A stretch of 64,000 nucleotides of DNA from assembly GCA_048938105.1 (NCBI GenBank), contig JBHLMN010000001.1:64001-128000 (forward strand), in the 5' to 3' direction. Each line of letters opens with the position of its first letter. Positions within the stretch are counted from its first letter, which is position 1. A program made the position numbers and the translations under genes. This document shows, piece by piece, positions 31,035 through 40,213 of this stretch. The notes beneath the pieces are model-generated. The model was not told the origin of the DNA. It was given only the letters and a program-made list of their open reading frames with translations, and did not search any database. Source of the DNA: Promethearchaeota archaeon (GTDB taxonomy: Archaea > Asgardarchaeota > Heimdallarchaeia > Hodarchaeales > Hodarchaeaceae).

Positions 31035-32510
31035 ATGACTGAAATTAACCAAGAACAAGGTCAGTTGATCAGTTATCGATTATCTAAACGGAAATTACAG
31101 GGAAATAAAGAAGCAAAATTTGCTACGCTGAAAAAACAAGTCATTGACACTGGATTGTGCAGCGCATGTGGAGCCTGTGTTGCTTCATGTGTTGAAAATG
31201 CGCTAGAAATGATTAATGATCGACCACAATTAACAGGAAAATGCACAGCTTGTGGAGTCTGTGTCCACCAATGTCCCAAGACAAAGACTACTGTCCCTCA
31301 ACTAGTGGGCAATTTTATTGAAGCTTTCCGTGCAAAAAGTCTTCTTTCTGAAGTAGTTGGTCAGGATGGAGGAGTGGTGACTAGTCTTTTGATCTACTTA
31401 TTGCGTGAGGGAATGATAGACGGTGCAGTAATAACCGCAAAGGATGATTCAGAACATTGGAAACCAAAACCTATCATAGCCACCACGGAAGATCAAATAT
31501 TATCTTCTTCGGGATCTATTTATAGTCAAAGTTCAGCAGTGGGAAAACTCCTTGAAGCTATCAAATCGGGATTGAATTCTATTGCTTTTGTCGGATGTCC
31601 ATGCAATATTGATGCTGTAAATAAAATGCAAAGCTCTCCATACGGACTAGTCAGATTATTTATGCGAAGTTCAGTTCTTAAAATCGGTCTTTTCTGTATG
31701 GATGCTTTCTCTTATGAAAGATTACGGCATTTTGTAGAGGAAGTTGATAAAGTCCCTCTGAAAGATATAGAGAAGATGACAATTTCTAAGGGAAAGTTTC
31801 ACATGATACAGGAAAGTGGGGAGACGATCAGTCACCCAGTAAAAGAAATGGATAGATTACGAGCAAGCTCCTGTCATTATTGTATTGATTTTTCCAGTGA
31901 AAATGCGGACATTAGTGTTGGATCTGTTGGGGCTCCAGAGGGATACAATACAATCCTAGTCCGCACAGGATTGGGATTGGAAATTCTTCAAGATGCTGCT
32001 GATAATGGTTATATCGAACTTCAACCAATCACAAGAAACCAACTTAATCCAGTATTAAAACTTGCTAACCTAAAGAAAGTCCAATTATACACCGTCAATC
32101 GTCGTCGATCATACACTTTTCAGGTTCCTTCATCTCTACCAGCAGAACGCCAACCCCTACCAACAAGAGAAATCTTAGTTGAAAAAGGAGTCAGTGGGGT
32201 AAAAAGACGCCGAATCGTACGAATACAAAGTTCAAAAATCATTGATGAAGGCCGTAATATCCAGGTTACCTTACAAAATCGGAGTGGTAAAGTTTTAGAA
32301 CGAGTTCAAGTACGGATAACTCTATTAGCAGGAGAATTGTTTGAATCACATAACTGGGAAACTACAATCCGCGAATGGTTCCCTGCAGAGGCTTTAGACT
32401 TCGAATTTCCACGTTTTGATGACAATAGTGAGTATATAGTGAGTCTCACGGATACAGAAGGGAAGCTGTTAACAAAAAAAGTTGCTGTTGCAGATCTTTT
32501 AGAAGAATAA
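31035..32510 (+). CDS. FrhB/FdhB-family coenzyme F420 oxidoreductase subunit with 2[4Fe-4S] domain and extra C-terminal beta domain
   Basis: CSACGACVASC, CTACGVCVHQCP, GQDGGVVT, VGCPC, IGLFC, CHYCIDF, ADISVGSVG. Confidence 0.9.
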   Translation: MTEINQEQGQLISYRLSKRKLQGNKEAKFATLKKQVIDTGLCSACGACVASCVENALEMINDRPQLTGKCTACGVCVHQCPKTKTTVPQLVGNFIEAFRAKSLLSEVVGQDGGVVTSLLIYLLREGMIDGAVITAKDDSEHWKPKPIIATTEDQILSSSGSIYSQSSAVGKLLEAIKSGLNSIAFVGCPCNIDAVNKMQSSPYGLVRLFMRSSVLKIGLFCMDAFSYERLRHFVEEVDKVPLKDIEKMTISKGKFHMIQESGETISHPVKEMDRLRASSCHYCIDFSSENADISVGSVGAPEGYNTILVRTGLGLEILQDAADNGYIELQPITRNQLNPVLKLANLKKVQLYTVNRRRSYTFQVPSSLPAERQPLPTREILVEKGVSGVKRRRIVRIQSSKIIDEGRNIQVTLQNRSGKVLERVQVRITLLAGELFESHNWETTIREWFPAEALDFEFPRFDDNSEYIVSLTDTEGKLLTKKVAVADLLEE

Positions 32511-32538
32511 AAAAACTAGCGATAATAGGAAATCTCTT

Positions 32539-33441
32539 TTATTCCTCTCTACTAGCTTCAATAATTAATTCCGCAAACACTTCCATATCTTTTAACAAAG
32601 CTTCGATGTCCTCTGGAGGATCAATAGCTGCTCCTTCATCTACCATAATGAGAACTGCAAGCACAAAACTAAAAATGTGTAATTGTAATTTCTTTGTATC
32701 AGAAACTGCGGAAAACGAAGCTGAATCACTTGTGAGGAAATTCTCCCGTAAGACATTACAAGAAAGAATATAATCACGCAAATCCTCACGGAGCTGGATT
32801 CCCGTCGAAAAACCCTTGATACTGTGAGTAATAACATTCCCATTCACATCACTCACTATAATCTTTGAATTCAGCTTCATAAGGTGCTTTTGAGCATGCT
32901 CAACACTATCTCTCAATTGATCAAAGTCTGAAATCAAAATTTGGCGAAAGACTTCACTTAATTCTTCTTGTCGATAAATGGATGTAATGAAAGATTCAGG
33001 TTCATATTCATGGATAAATGGTAATTCTCTGGCTTTGTCGAGATTCTCTTCAAGCTGTTCCTTAGGATATTCCTCAGTATCATACTTATGATAGAAAATA
33101 ATTAATCGGGGTTCTCCACCATTTTCCTTAATAGCGGAATACACCTGCTTGAAGTAATCATCTGCTTTGTTAAAATCCTCAGGATGATGGAGATCAAGGA
33201 CAAGAATTAAAACCGTGGTGTTGGCAAGAAGTTTGGGGGTCTCAAGGTAAGATTGGCGATATTTTTCTTGTCCACCAAAATCCCAGAGGGAAATTTGAAG
33301 ACCTAGATAGTTATGGGAGCGCGTTTCATACATGATAGTCGGCCCGAACTCCCTAGTCTGAATAGGGGTCATTCCACCTAATGTCGTTGAATAGATTGAC
33401 GTTTTACCACAACCACTTAGTCCAACAAGTGAAATCTTCAT
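32539..33441 (-). CDS. Rag/Gtr-like small GTPase with C-terminal roadblock/longin-like domain
   Basis: G1 GLSGCGKTS, G2 PT, G3 WDFGGQ, G4 HKYD, G5 TSIY. Confidence 0.88.
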   Translation of the reverse strand: MKISLVGLSGCGKTSIYSTTLGGMTPIQTREFGPTIMYETRSHNYLGLQISLWDFGGQEKYRQSYLETPKLLANTTVLILVLDLHHPEDFNKADDYFKQVYSAIKENGGEPRLIIFYHKYDTEEYPKEQLEENLDKARELPFIHEYEPESFITSIYRQEELSEVFRQILISDFDQLRDSVEHAQKHLMKLNSKIIVSDVNGNVITHSIKGFSTGIQLREDLRDYILSCNVLRENFLTSDSASFSAVSDTKKLQLHIFSFVLAVLIMVDEGAAIDPPEDIEALLKDMEVFAELIIEASREE

Positions 33442-33697
33442 ATTTTATTCCTCAGTTCAAAACTAACCTAAGATATGTCTTCTTTAAAGCGAATTTGAAC
33501 AATATGACCGTTTGCCCTACATAAGGCACAAAGAATTTTAAATTTTCCTTATTTTGATAAAATTTAACTGCATTATGACCTTTAATGCAAACTTAATAAG
33601 ACAACGTAGAGGAAGAAAATATTTAGTTTATAACACCCGATAGCTAAGGCTAAAGGGTAATCTGAAAATTTTTCTTCTCCAAAAGGAAAAGAGAGCC

Positions 33698-35179
33698 GTG
33701 TCACGCAGTATAATTTCGAAATATACTAGGGATACTTTACATTTCATTGGCCAACCCATTTCCTTTTTGCTCAAGAAGCAAAGTATGGTTCTTTTTATTG
33801 CAGTTGCTGTAACGGAATGTGCATTTGCTTCATCAGCATTTGGTTTACCTCTATACCTTCAAGCATTGGGTAAAGAAAGTGGAACGACAACGGTGGGTAT
33901 CGAAACCGCAATTATTACAGCCACTTACTATTTCGTTTCATTATCAACTGCATCATTTTTCGGTTTAATTAGTGATCGTTATGGACGACGCCCATTTTTA
34001 ATCATTGGTACTGCCCTGTCAGGTATTTCCTTTATTATTTTTCCCATTATGTATCCTTATTATGCAACTGTTCCAGCTAGTTTTCTAGTTCTAGCCTTCT
34101 CGAATGGATTGAAAGGATTAGCTGCTGCTATGATCTCTGGACCAATATTGGCAGTAATTGCAGATTTATCCCCCGAAGAAAAGCATGGGGAAACAATGGG
34201 GAAATTCTATTTAGCAAAAGCTGCTGGGGGAGCTATTGGGAATCCATTTGGTTTAGTAGCATGGGCGATCTTTGAACATGACTCCTTCTTCTTCTTTGCA
34301 ATCATAATGTTCCTGGCTAGTTTAATTTATGCGTTTAGGTTCTTCGAACCTCATAGAGATTTAGCCTTGGATGATGAAACTGATATAATGCTAACAGATT
34401 TCACTCAAACTGTAACAGATTCAGAAATTGACATAAATCCATTTAAAACTATGCTTGAAAGTCTTCAAGACAAACAGTTTCGAAAATTCGCTATTGCATG
34501 GTTAGCTTATACCTCACTTATAGGAGCTAGCACTTTTGTAGCACCTACTATAATATTTGACCTCGGTATAGAGGTAGGACCTATTATTATAGTAATTGGT
34601 ATTCTTGCGATTGGTATTATGGGAATAATGCAACCTGTATTAGGTAGACTTTCTGATAATATAGGGAGAAAACCCTTCTTGGTAATTGGAGTTGTTGGTA
34701 CTAGTATGCTTTTAGTAACGCTTGCTTCCATCCTTGATTATAAATCTGTAAATGGAACACAAGTATGGGAACTTTCCGAATTATCTGATCTGATAACAAA
34801 TCCATTCTCATTAACAGATACAATTTCCATGAATCTGATCCCTGAAAATCCACTTCCAATCCCTCATCTCCTTGTTATCTTAATGATTATAGTCTATGGT
34901 CTCTCCGCCTCTTGTTTTATTTCAGCTGCCTTAGGTCTAGTTAGTGACGTAACTAAATCGGGACAGCGGGGTCGTGAAATGGGATTTACTCAATCAATTA
35001 TGGCTTCAGGTAACATCATAGGGGCCATTATTGGCGGATACTTTGTTAGTCTTGGACCGGAAGGCATTATTGGCCTTTTAAGTTTTTGTTTTGGACTCAG
35101 TTTGATTGCCATAATCATCATTGTTCTATTTCTATACGAAACAAGTGGTTTTTACCACTTTACTCACAAATTAGTCTAG
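33698..35179 (+). CDS. MFS transporter
   Basis: Motif A GLISDRYGRR and GRLSDNIGRK; about 12 TM segments. Confidence 0.9.
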   Translation: MSRSIISKYTRDTLHFIGQPISFLLKKQSMVLFIAVAVTECAFASSAFGLPLYLQALGKESGTTTVGIETAIITATYYFVSLSTASFFGLISDRYGRRPFLIIGTALSGISFIIFPIMYPYYATVPASFLVLAFSNGLKGLAAAMISGPILAVIADLSPEEKHGETMGKFYLAKAAGGAIGNPFGLVAWAIFEHDSFFFFAIIMFLASLIYAFRFFEPHRDLALDDETDIMLTDFTQTVTDSEIDINPFKTMLESLQDKQFRKFAIAWLAYTSLIGASTFVAPTIIFDLGIEVGPIIIVIGILAIGIMGIMQPVLGRLSDNIGRKPFLVIGVVGTSMLLVTLASILDYKSVNGTQVWELSELSDLITNPFSLTDTISMNLIPENPLPIPHLLVILMIIVYGLSASCFISAALGLVSDVTKSGQRGREMGFTQSIMASGNIIGAIIGGYFVSLGPEGIIGLLSFCFGLSLIAIIIIVLFLYETSGFYHFTHKLV

Positions 35180-35228
35180 CCTATCTAACACAGTAATTAA
35201 AATAAATTCTCTAAAGTGATTTGTAGCC

Positions 35229-35576
35229 TCAATAGAAGTCTTTGAGCTTTAGATTTTTCCTCATTTTTTTATCAAGCATTCCTCGATATTTCAAGGGATC
35301 TTCTTCGATATACTTCCTATTAGGCTGTTCTTTCCGTCGAGGTTTCTGTTTTTTCATCTTTTGAGAACAAACACCTGTTGTAACATCTAAGGCTGAAGGC
35401 CGAAAAAAACAAAGTGCATATTTACATTTATAGCCTATACATTCGTCACCTTCAACCATTCGACAAAGAATTTTCTTCTCACCGTGTTTGCGTGTGATCA
35501 TTAAGAATCGTTCACTGCATTTAAAAAATTTACATGTAGTATCACACAATACATTCCGAGATTGGCTTTGTTGCAA
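35229..35576 (-). CDS. Cys-rich basic small protein (putative Zn-binding)
   Basis: CDTTCKFFKC...C...ECIGYKCKYALC...C followed by a Lys-rich tail. Confidence 0.7.
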   Translation of the reverse strand: MQQSQSRNVLCDTTCKFFKCSERFLMITRKHGEKKILCRMVEGDECIGYKCKYALCFFRPSALDVTTGVCSQKMKKQKPRRKEQPNRKYIEEDPLKYRGMLDKKMRKNLKLKDFY

Positions 35577-35773
35577 GAATCGAACGCTCCAACACTAGAA
35601 CAAAAAAGAAACGAGCTTTTTTTTTTCAGCGAACTATCAGTTTTTTCTTAATAGAAGTTTATACACTTCTTATCAAGGACTTATATAAAAAGATTTATTT
35701 GATGAATCGTAAATCTTTACACTTGCAATTGTGTAATTATTTCTATGTGTAAGTTTTCGAGAGGTCTATCCTA

Positions 35774-36778
35774 ATGAGTCACTACTTAAAACAATTGAAA
35801 ACTCAGAGTTCTCGGAAAATAATACTTTTAGGTCTTTCGCAAGCAGGAAAAACATCTATTCGTGATGTAGTCTTTGAAGGGAAAGCACCTGAAGAAACTC
35901 AAAATTATGCAGCGACTTTGAACTATGAACGGCAGATTGAGCAAGTTGCGGATGAGCCAATCACCGTTATGGATTTGGGAGGACAGGAAGTCTTCTTGAA
36001 GCGTTTTTTGAGTAGTATGAGTTCGTTTATCTTCAGTAATGTTGCTGTGTTAGTTTTTATATGTGATATTGCGACTCCTGAGAAATTTCCCGCTTCACTA
36101 AAAGCATTTGTTGAAGGTGTTACTCGGTTAGAAGAGATGTCAGACGTGCAACCCGCTATTTATGTCCTGTTACACAAGACAGATCTTATGCCCGACCTTA
36201 CACAAAGGGCTGAAAGGATGGAATTCTTGATGGAAATGTTTCAGGATGCGGCAGCAACAAAGAGTATAACATTTTTGCAAACATCTATATATGACAATTC
36301 AATTCATGAGGCATTTAAGCGAATAACTGCAGAGGCAAGTGAAGTCATTCCTGAAGTAGAAGATATAGAAAAAGAAGAAGATTTAGAAGCTATTAAACAG
36401 AAACTTAGACTTCGACCGATCCAACAGGTTCTTCACACACTCAAGTTTATGAATCGTCTGGATGAGGTCATTTTAATATCATTAGATGATCCAAACTTTA
36501 AGATTAACGCATCAGAATTAGAGGATAATGAAATCAGGCATATATTGACTCTCTTAGACAAATCAAACGACCTAAGATTAGTTACTGGTTCAAAATCCGA
36601 ATTAGAGCGATTAGGATCAGTAATGATGTATAAATCCAAGATTCAACCGAATCATTTGTTGATTCTAATCTCTAGAGACGATAAATCAATGCTAGAAACT
36701 AGAAACCTTCAAGAAATTGAAGAAACCGTTGATCTTCTATCTAATCAACTTGAATCAATGCTTAAAACACCAATTTAG
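35774..36778 (+). CDS. Rag-like small GTPase + roadblock-like domain
   Basis: GLSQAGKTS, DLGGQ, HKTD, TSIYD. Confidence 0.9.
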   Translation: MSHYLKQLKTQSSRKIILLGLSQAGKTSIRDVVFEGKAPEETQNYAATLNYERQIEQVADEPITVMDLGGQEVFLKRFLSSMSSFIFSNVAVLVFICDIATPEKFPASLKAFVEGVTRLEEMSDVQPAIYVLLHKTDLMPDLTQRAERMEFLMEMFQDAAATKSITFLQTSIYDNSIHEAFKRITAEASEVIPEVEDIEKEEDLEAIKQKLRLRPIQQVLHTLKFMNRLDEVILISLDDPNFKINASELEDNEIRHILTLLDKSNDLRLVTGSKSELERLGSVMMYKSKIQPNHLLILISRDDKSMLETRNLQEIEETVDLLSNQLESMLKTPI

Positions 36779-36788
36779 AGGAGTAAAT

Positions 36789-37715
36789 TTGCGTCAAAAC
36801 CTTATCGCGCTGTCAGGATTATCCCATTCAGGAAAGGATCTTCTATTCAACCAACTCATGAAGCTAGGGAGGTCTGAACCTGATCTAAAGATTTTACAGA
36901 ATGTAGTCTTCTTTGATTGGTTAAACACGTCTTTTAAAAAAGAAGACATGTATTTTGAAACTTTACTTCCATCTATTCGTGAAAAGATCTTAATGAAAAT
37001 AAATACTCTGATTTATGTCCATGACATCTCATACCAACTACTAGATGAGATATCCACTGACTTTCAGAATATAACTTCCAATATCAGTACTATTAATAAA
37101 AACTATCAAGTGGTTCTTTTATTAAATCGAGGACATTTAATCCATAATGAAGCAGAGCGTAATAAGGTAAAGAATGTAGTTATTGCGCGCTTGCAAGAAT
37201 TTTTTCCTCAAGAAATTCCCTCTTACATTGTTTCGCTTAAGGGACCAGATGAACAAAGATTAACTAACCATATTTTTACACAAATAATCAAAAAAGCCTC
37301 CGAATTTAGCAAACAACTTTACTTTGAAGAACAGTTGAATCTAGATCAAGAAAAACAGCTTCAAGTCGAGAATATTTTGAGTGAGAAAATGAACACCTAT
37401 GGTTTCGCTGGAGCTTTTTTATTGTCTCGAAACCATAACATTATTCTAGCTAAAGGAAAGAGTCAAAGCTGGCAGGAGAAGGTTGGACCCCAAATTATTC
37501 GCATGTTAGATCAATATGAAGCATTTGATGTTACTCCGCAGGCAAAAATGAACATTCTTCGAATTGAAGATTTTTTAATGTTAACTCAAACTATTACTAA
37601 AGGAATGAAATTGATATTAATTGGAATAGAACCTACACTTAATCTTGAATCCTACAGCACTATAGAACAAATATGCCTCGAGATATCAAATGAGCTTATT
37701 TCAAAGCTGAATTGA
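36789..37715 (+). CDS. Degenerate (pseudo) Rag-like GTPase + roadblock-like domain
   Basis: GLSHSGKD, no DxxG, LNRGH in the G4 position; C-terminal GFAGAFLLSRNHNIILA is roadblock-like. Start moved to TTG 36789, after GAGGAG. Confidence 0.65.
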   Translation: MRQNLIALSGLSHSGKDLLFNQLMKLGRSEPDLKILQNVVFFDWLNTSFKKEDMYFETLLPSIREKILMKINTLIYVHDISYQLLDEISTDFQNITSNISTINKNYQVVLLLNRGHLIHNEAERNKVKNVVIARLQEFFPQEIPSYIVSLKGPDEQRLTNHIFTQIIKKASEFSKQLYFEEQLNLDQEKQLQVENILSEKMNTYGFAGAFLLSRNHNIILAKGKSQSWQEKVGPQIIRMLDQYEAFDVTPQAKMNILRIEDFLMLTQTITKGMKLILIGIEPTLNLESYSTIEQICLEISNELISKLN

Positions 37716-38533
37716 ATCATAAAGCCTGTGAAAAGATGAAGCAAATGATTTCTGGACTTATTGTAACTGCGATGACCGATATGGGGCCATATCCTGTACT
37801 TAACTTATCCCCAATCTCTGAGGACACAACGGTTAAACTAAGTGTCATAGGAATGACTATCCTCTCTATGGGAGCAGGAACAGTAGCAGAAAAACAGCAT
37901 TATCGTTTACATGGTTCCATACCTATTCCTGATTCTCCCACTTTAGAAGCCTTGGCAATGTCTTTCACGGTTACTCCAACAAAGACCAGTGATGTACGCA
38001 TTGACCAACATGGCCGTGAATCAACCATCTGGTTATTATTCGAGTCTAAAGATCGTAATCGTATTTTTCTTCAACATAGTTCCATCGAGAAAGCCCTAAA
38101 AGAGGAAATTAGTACTATCCACATCGAAGATAACCTCTCTGATCCTACTATCATGAACCGAATTCTTGATCGTATTAAAGAAATGCTTAGTACGGCAGAA
38201 ATCCCTACAGAGACACCCTATTATATTCCTGAAAGAGGAGGATTGGAATTCTATACTATCAATGCAGATGGTGACCTAATCGAACTGGAAACTAGTGTTG
38301 ACCTCAGTGCTTATTCTATATTGATGGTAATCAATGCTGTTGTTAAACGAATATTTCTAATAAAACTAGATGATTCTACCCCCCAGCGACTCATGTTTTT
38401 AGCCGGCCGATCAGCTTCAAACCTAAATGTAAACCGCTTTAAAAATGAGTTTACGATTCGTGATGTATCAGATCCAATCGAACGTGATATGATTCTTGAA
38501 AAAATTGGGATCATTCAAAAGATTGGCGTTTAA
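37712..38533 (+). CDS. Longin/uDENN-like domain fused to gelsolin-like domain
   Basis: N-terminal SGLIVTAMTDMGPYPV; C-terminal FYTINADGDLIEL...KRIFLIK...RLMFLAGRSA resembles Asgard single gelsolin domains. Confidence 0.55.
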   Translation: MNHKACEKMKQMISGLIVTAMTDMGPYPVLNLSPISEDTTVKLSVIGMTILSMGAGTVAEKQHYRLHGSIPIPDSPTLEALAMSFTVTPTKTSDVRIDQHGRESTIWLLFESKDRNRIFLQHSSIEKALKEEISTIHIEDNLSDPTIMNRILDRIKEMLSTAEIPTETPYYIPERGGLEFYTINADGDLIELETSVDLSAYSILMVINAVVKRIFLIKLDDSTPQRLMFLAGRSASNLNVNRFKNEFTIRDVSDPIERDMILEKIGIIQKIGV

Positions 38534-38549
38534 ATGAGGTCTAGTAAAA

Positions 38550-39479
38550 ATGTCTTATCTTGCGAGGAAAAAAACAAGTAAAATTCTGATCTTAGGGTTA
38601 GCAAAATCAGGAAAATCAACTATCATACGAGTGGTAACAGAAGGAATAATCCCCTCGAAAGACGAAAATTATCATGCTACCATTGATTATGAACGCAAAC
38701 AAAAGGTCATTGCTGGCACAGAGCTCACTCTTTTCGATTTAGGGGGGCAGACAGCCTTCCTTGACCGGTTCACTGGAGAATTATCAGAATTTATTTTTAG
38801 CGGAGTTAGAACTTTGGTGTTTGTGGTTGATTCAATCGAAATAAAAGATATTTCAAGGGCAAAATATTACTTAGATTTATCATTAAAGAAATTAGCCCAA
38901 TTTAGTCCTGAAGCTTCTGTCTTCATCTTTCAACATAAAACAGACCTGATTCCTAAAAAGCTTCAAGATGAAGTCAGAAAAACAATCAGGGATTATCTCT
39001 CAACAGGAGTTTCTCAACAGCTTAAATTTTATTCAACTTCCGTTTTTTCTGACTCTGTCTTTAAAGCGATGGGAGATGTATACGCTGAAGCCAGTGGTGC
39101 ACGTAAAACTCTAAGACCATTACTAGAAACCTTCATTCGCCATAATGCGGCAGATATGGCACAGATATTCACAAAGGAAGGCGCACCCCTAACACAAGTG
39201 AAGGATATCTCAAAATTTGACCATATATCTTTATCAGAGGTAAAAAACTTTTTTGACGCAGTTGTAGAACGCTTAGCAAATTCTGAAAGCCAAAGATCAA
39301 CATCTGTTCTTGTAGAATCAGATCGCCGTGTATTCATCATTAGATTTATGGAGAGTGGTTTAGCTTTATTCTTTGGATTTCCTAAAGAACGCCTCAGGGA
39401 GAAAAATGAGCAAATCCCTTCTCTTTATAACAAAGTACTCGCATTCAGTTCTCAATTAAAAAGTATGATAGAATCTTAG
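38550..39479 (+). CDS. Rag-like small GTPase + roadblock-like domain
   Basis: GLAKSGKST, DLGGQ, HKTD, TSVF; tail AQIFTKEGAPL. Confidence 0.9.
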   Translation: MSYLARKKTSKILILGLAKSGKSTIIRVVTEGIIPSKDENYHATIDYERKQKVIAGTELTLFDLGGQTAFLDRFTGELSEFIFSGVRTLVFVVDSIEIKDISRAKYYLDLSLKKLAQFSPEASVFIFQHKTDLIPKKLQDEVRKTIRDYLSTGVSQQLKFYSTSVFSDSVFKAMGDVYAEASGARKTLRPLLETFIRHNAADMAQIFTKEGAPLTQVKDISKFDHISLSEVKNFFDAVVERLANSESQRSTSVLVESDRRVFIIRFMESGLALFFGFPKERLREKNEQIPSLYNKVLAFSSQLKSMIES

Positions 39480-39596
39480 GTTACATCTACTAGATTAGTA
39501 ATCAAAAATCACCTAGGTAGTCACCACAAGATTTGCGGTACAATGTATCTATAAAGCTCTTAAAATCTGGATAAATGAATTTTCTTAGAACATACA

Positions 39597-40151
39597 ATGA
39601 ACTGTAAACTTTTACACCTGATTTTTGATAAAAGAGATCAATTTCACTTCTCATTTAACCGAGATGCGCAAGTAGAAGCAATTCTTGAGTTGGGACGGGT
39701 GAAAAGAATCAGTATTGACTTTTTATCTGATATATGCCATCATCCGAAACATCCAAGTCGGATTTTTTGGCATGAAATTCCAATAGTTTGTATCAGATGC
39801 TTTGGAATCCAATGTGATTTTGAAGTGCTTGATAATACACACAACATCCTATTCCAACTCATTCAACCTGTGATCCAACTTCCTGCAGTACGATATATTG
39901 CAATATTAGTCAATCTTGCGCTACCAGGGTGGAAAAGTCATCAAGAGTTTATTATGATCCTCAATCGTGTGGGAAAATTATTACTTATCCCTTGTGAAAT
40001 AGCTCTAACCCCATTAGAACTACTAAAAATTAAGAAAAACTGGAGAATTCGAGTTAATAAGTTGATTGAGTTAAAGAATAATTATAAGTTGTTGGATGCC
40101 ATTGCGCCTCGGTTATTTCCAAACAGTGAATTTCGAATATTTATCCAATAA
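39597..40151 (+). CDS. Hypothetical protein
   Basis: 184-aa ORF, no recognisable motif. Confidence 0.6.
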   Translation: MNCKLLHLIFDKRDQFHFSFNRDAQVEAILELGRVKRISIDFLSDICHHPKHPSRIFWHEIPIVCIRCFGIQCDFEVLDNTHNILFQLIQPVIQLPAVRYIAILVNLALPGWKSHQEFIMILNRVGKLLLIPCEIALTPLELLKIKKNWRIRVNKLIELKNNYKLLDAIAPRLFPNSEFRIFIQ

Positions 40152-40213
40152 ATGATTTCTAGCTAACGATCAAATGAAGTCGAAATGTGGTAGCTCATCC
40201 TTCTTAAAGTAAA

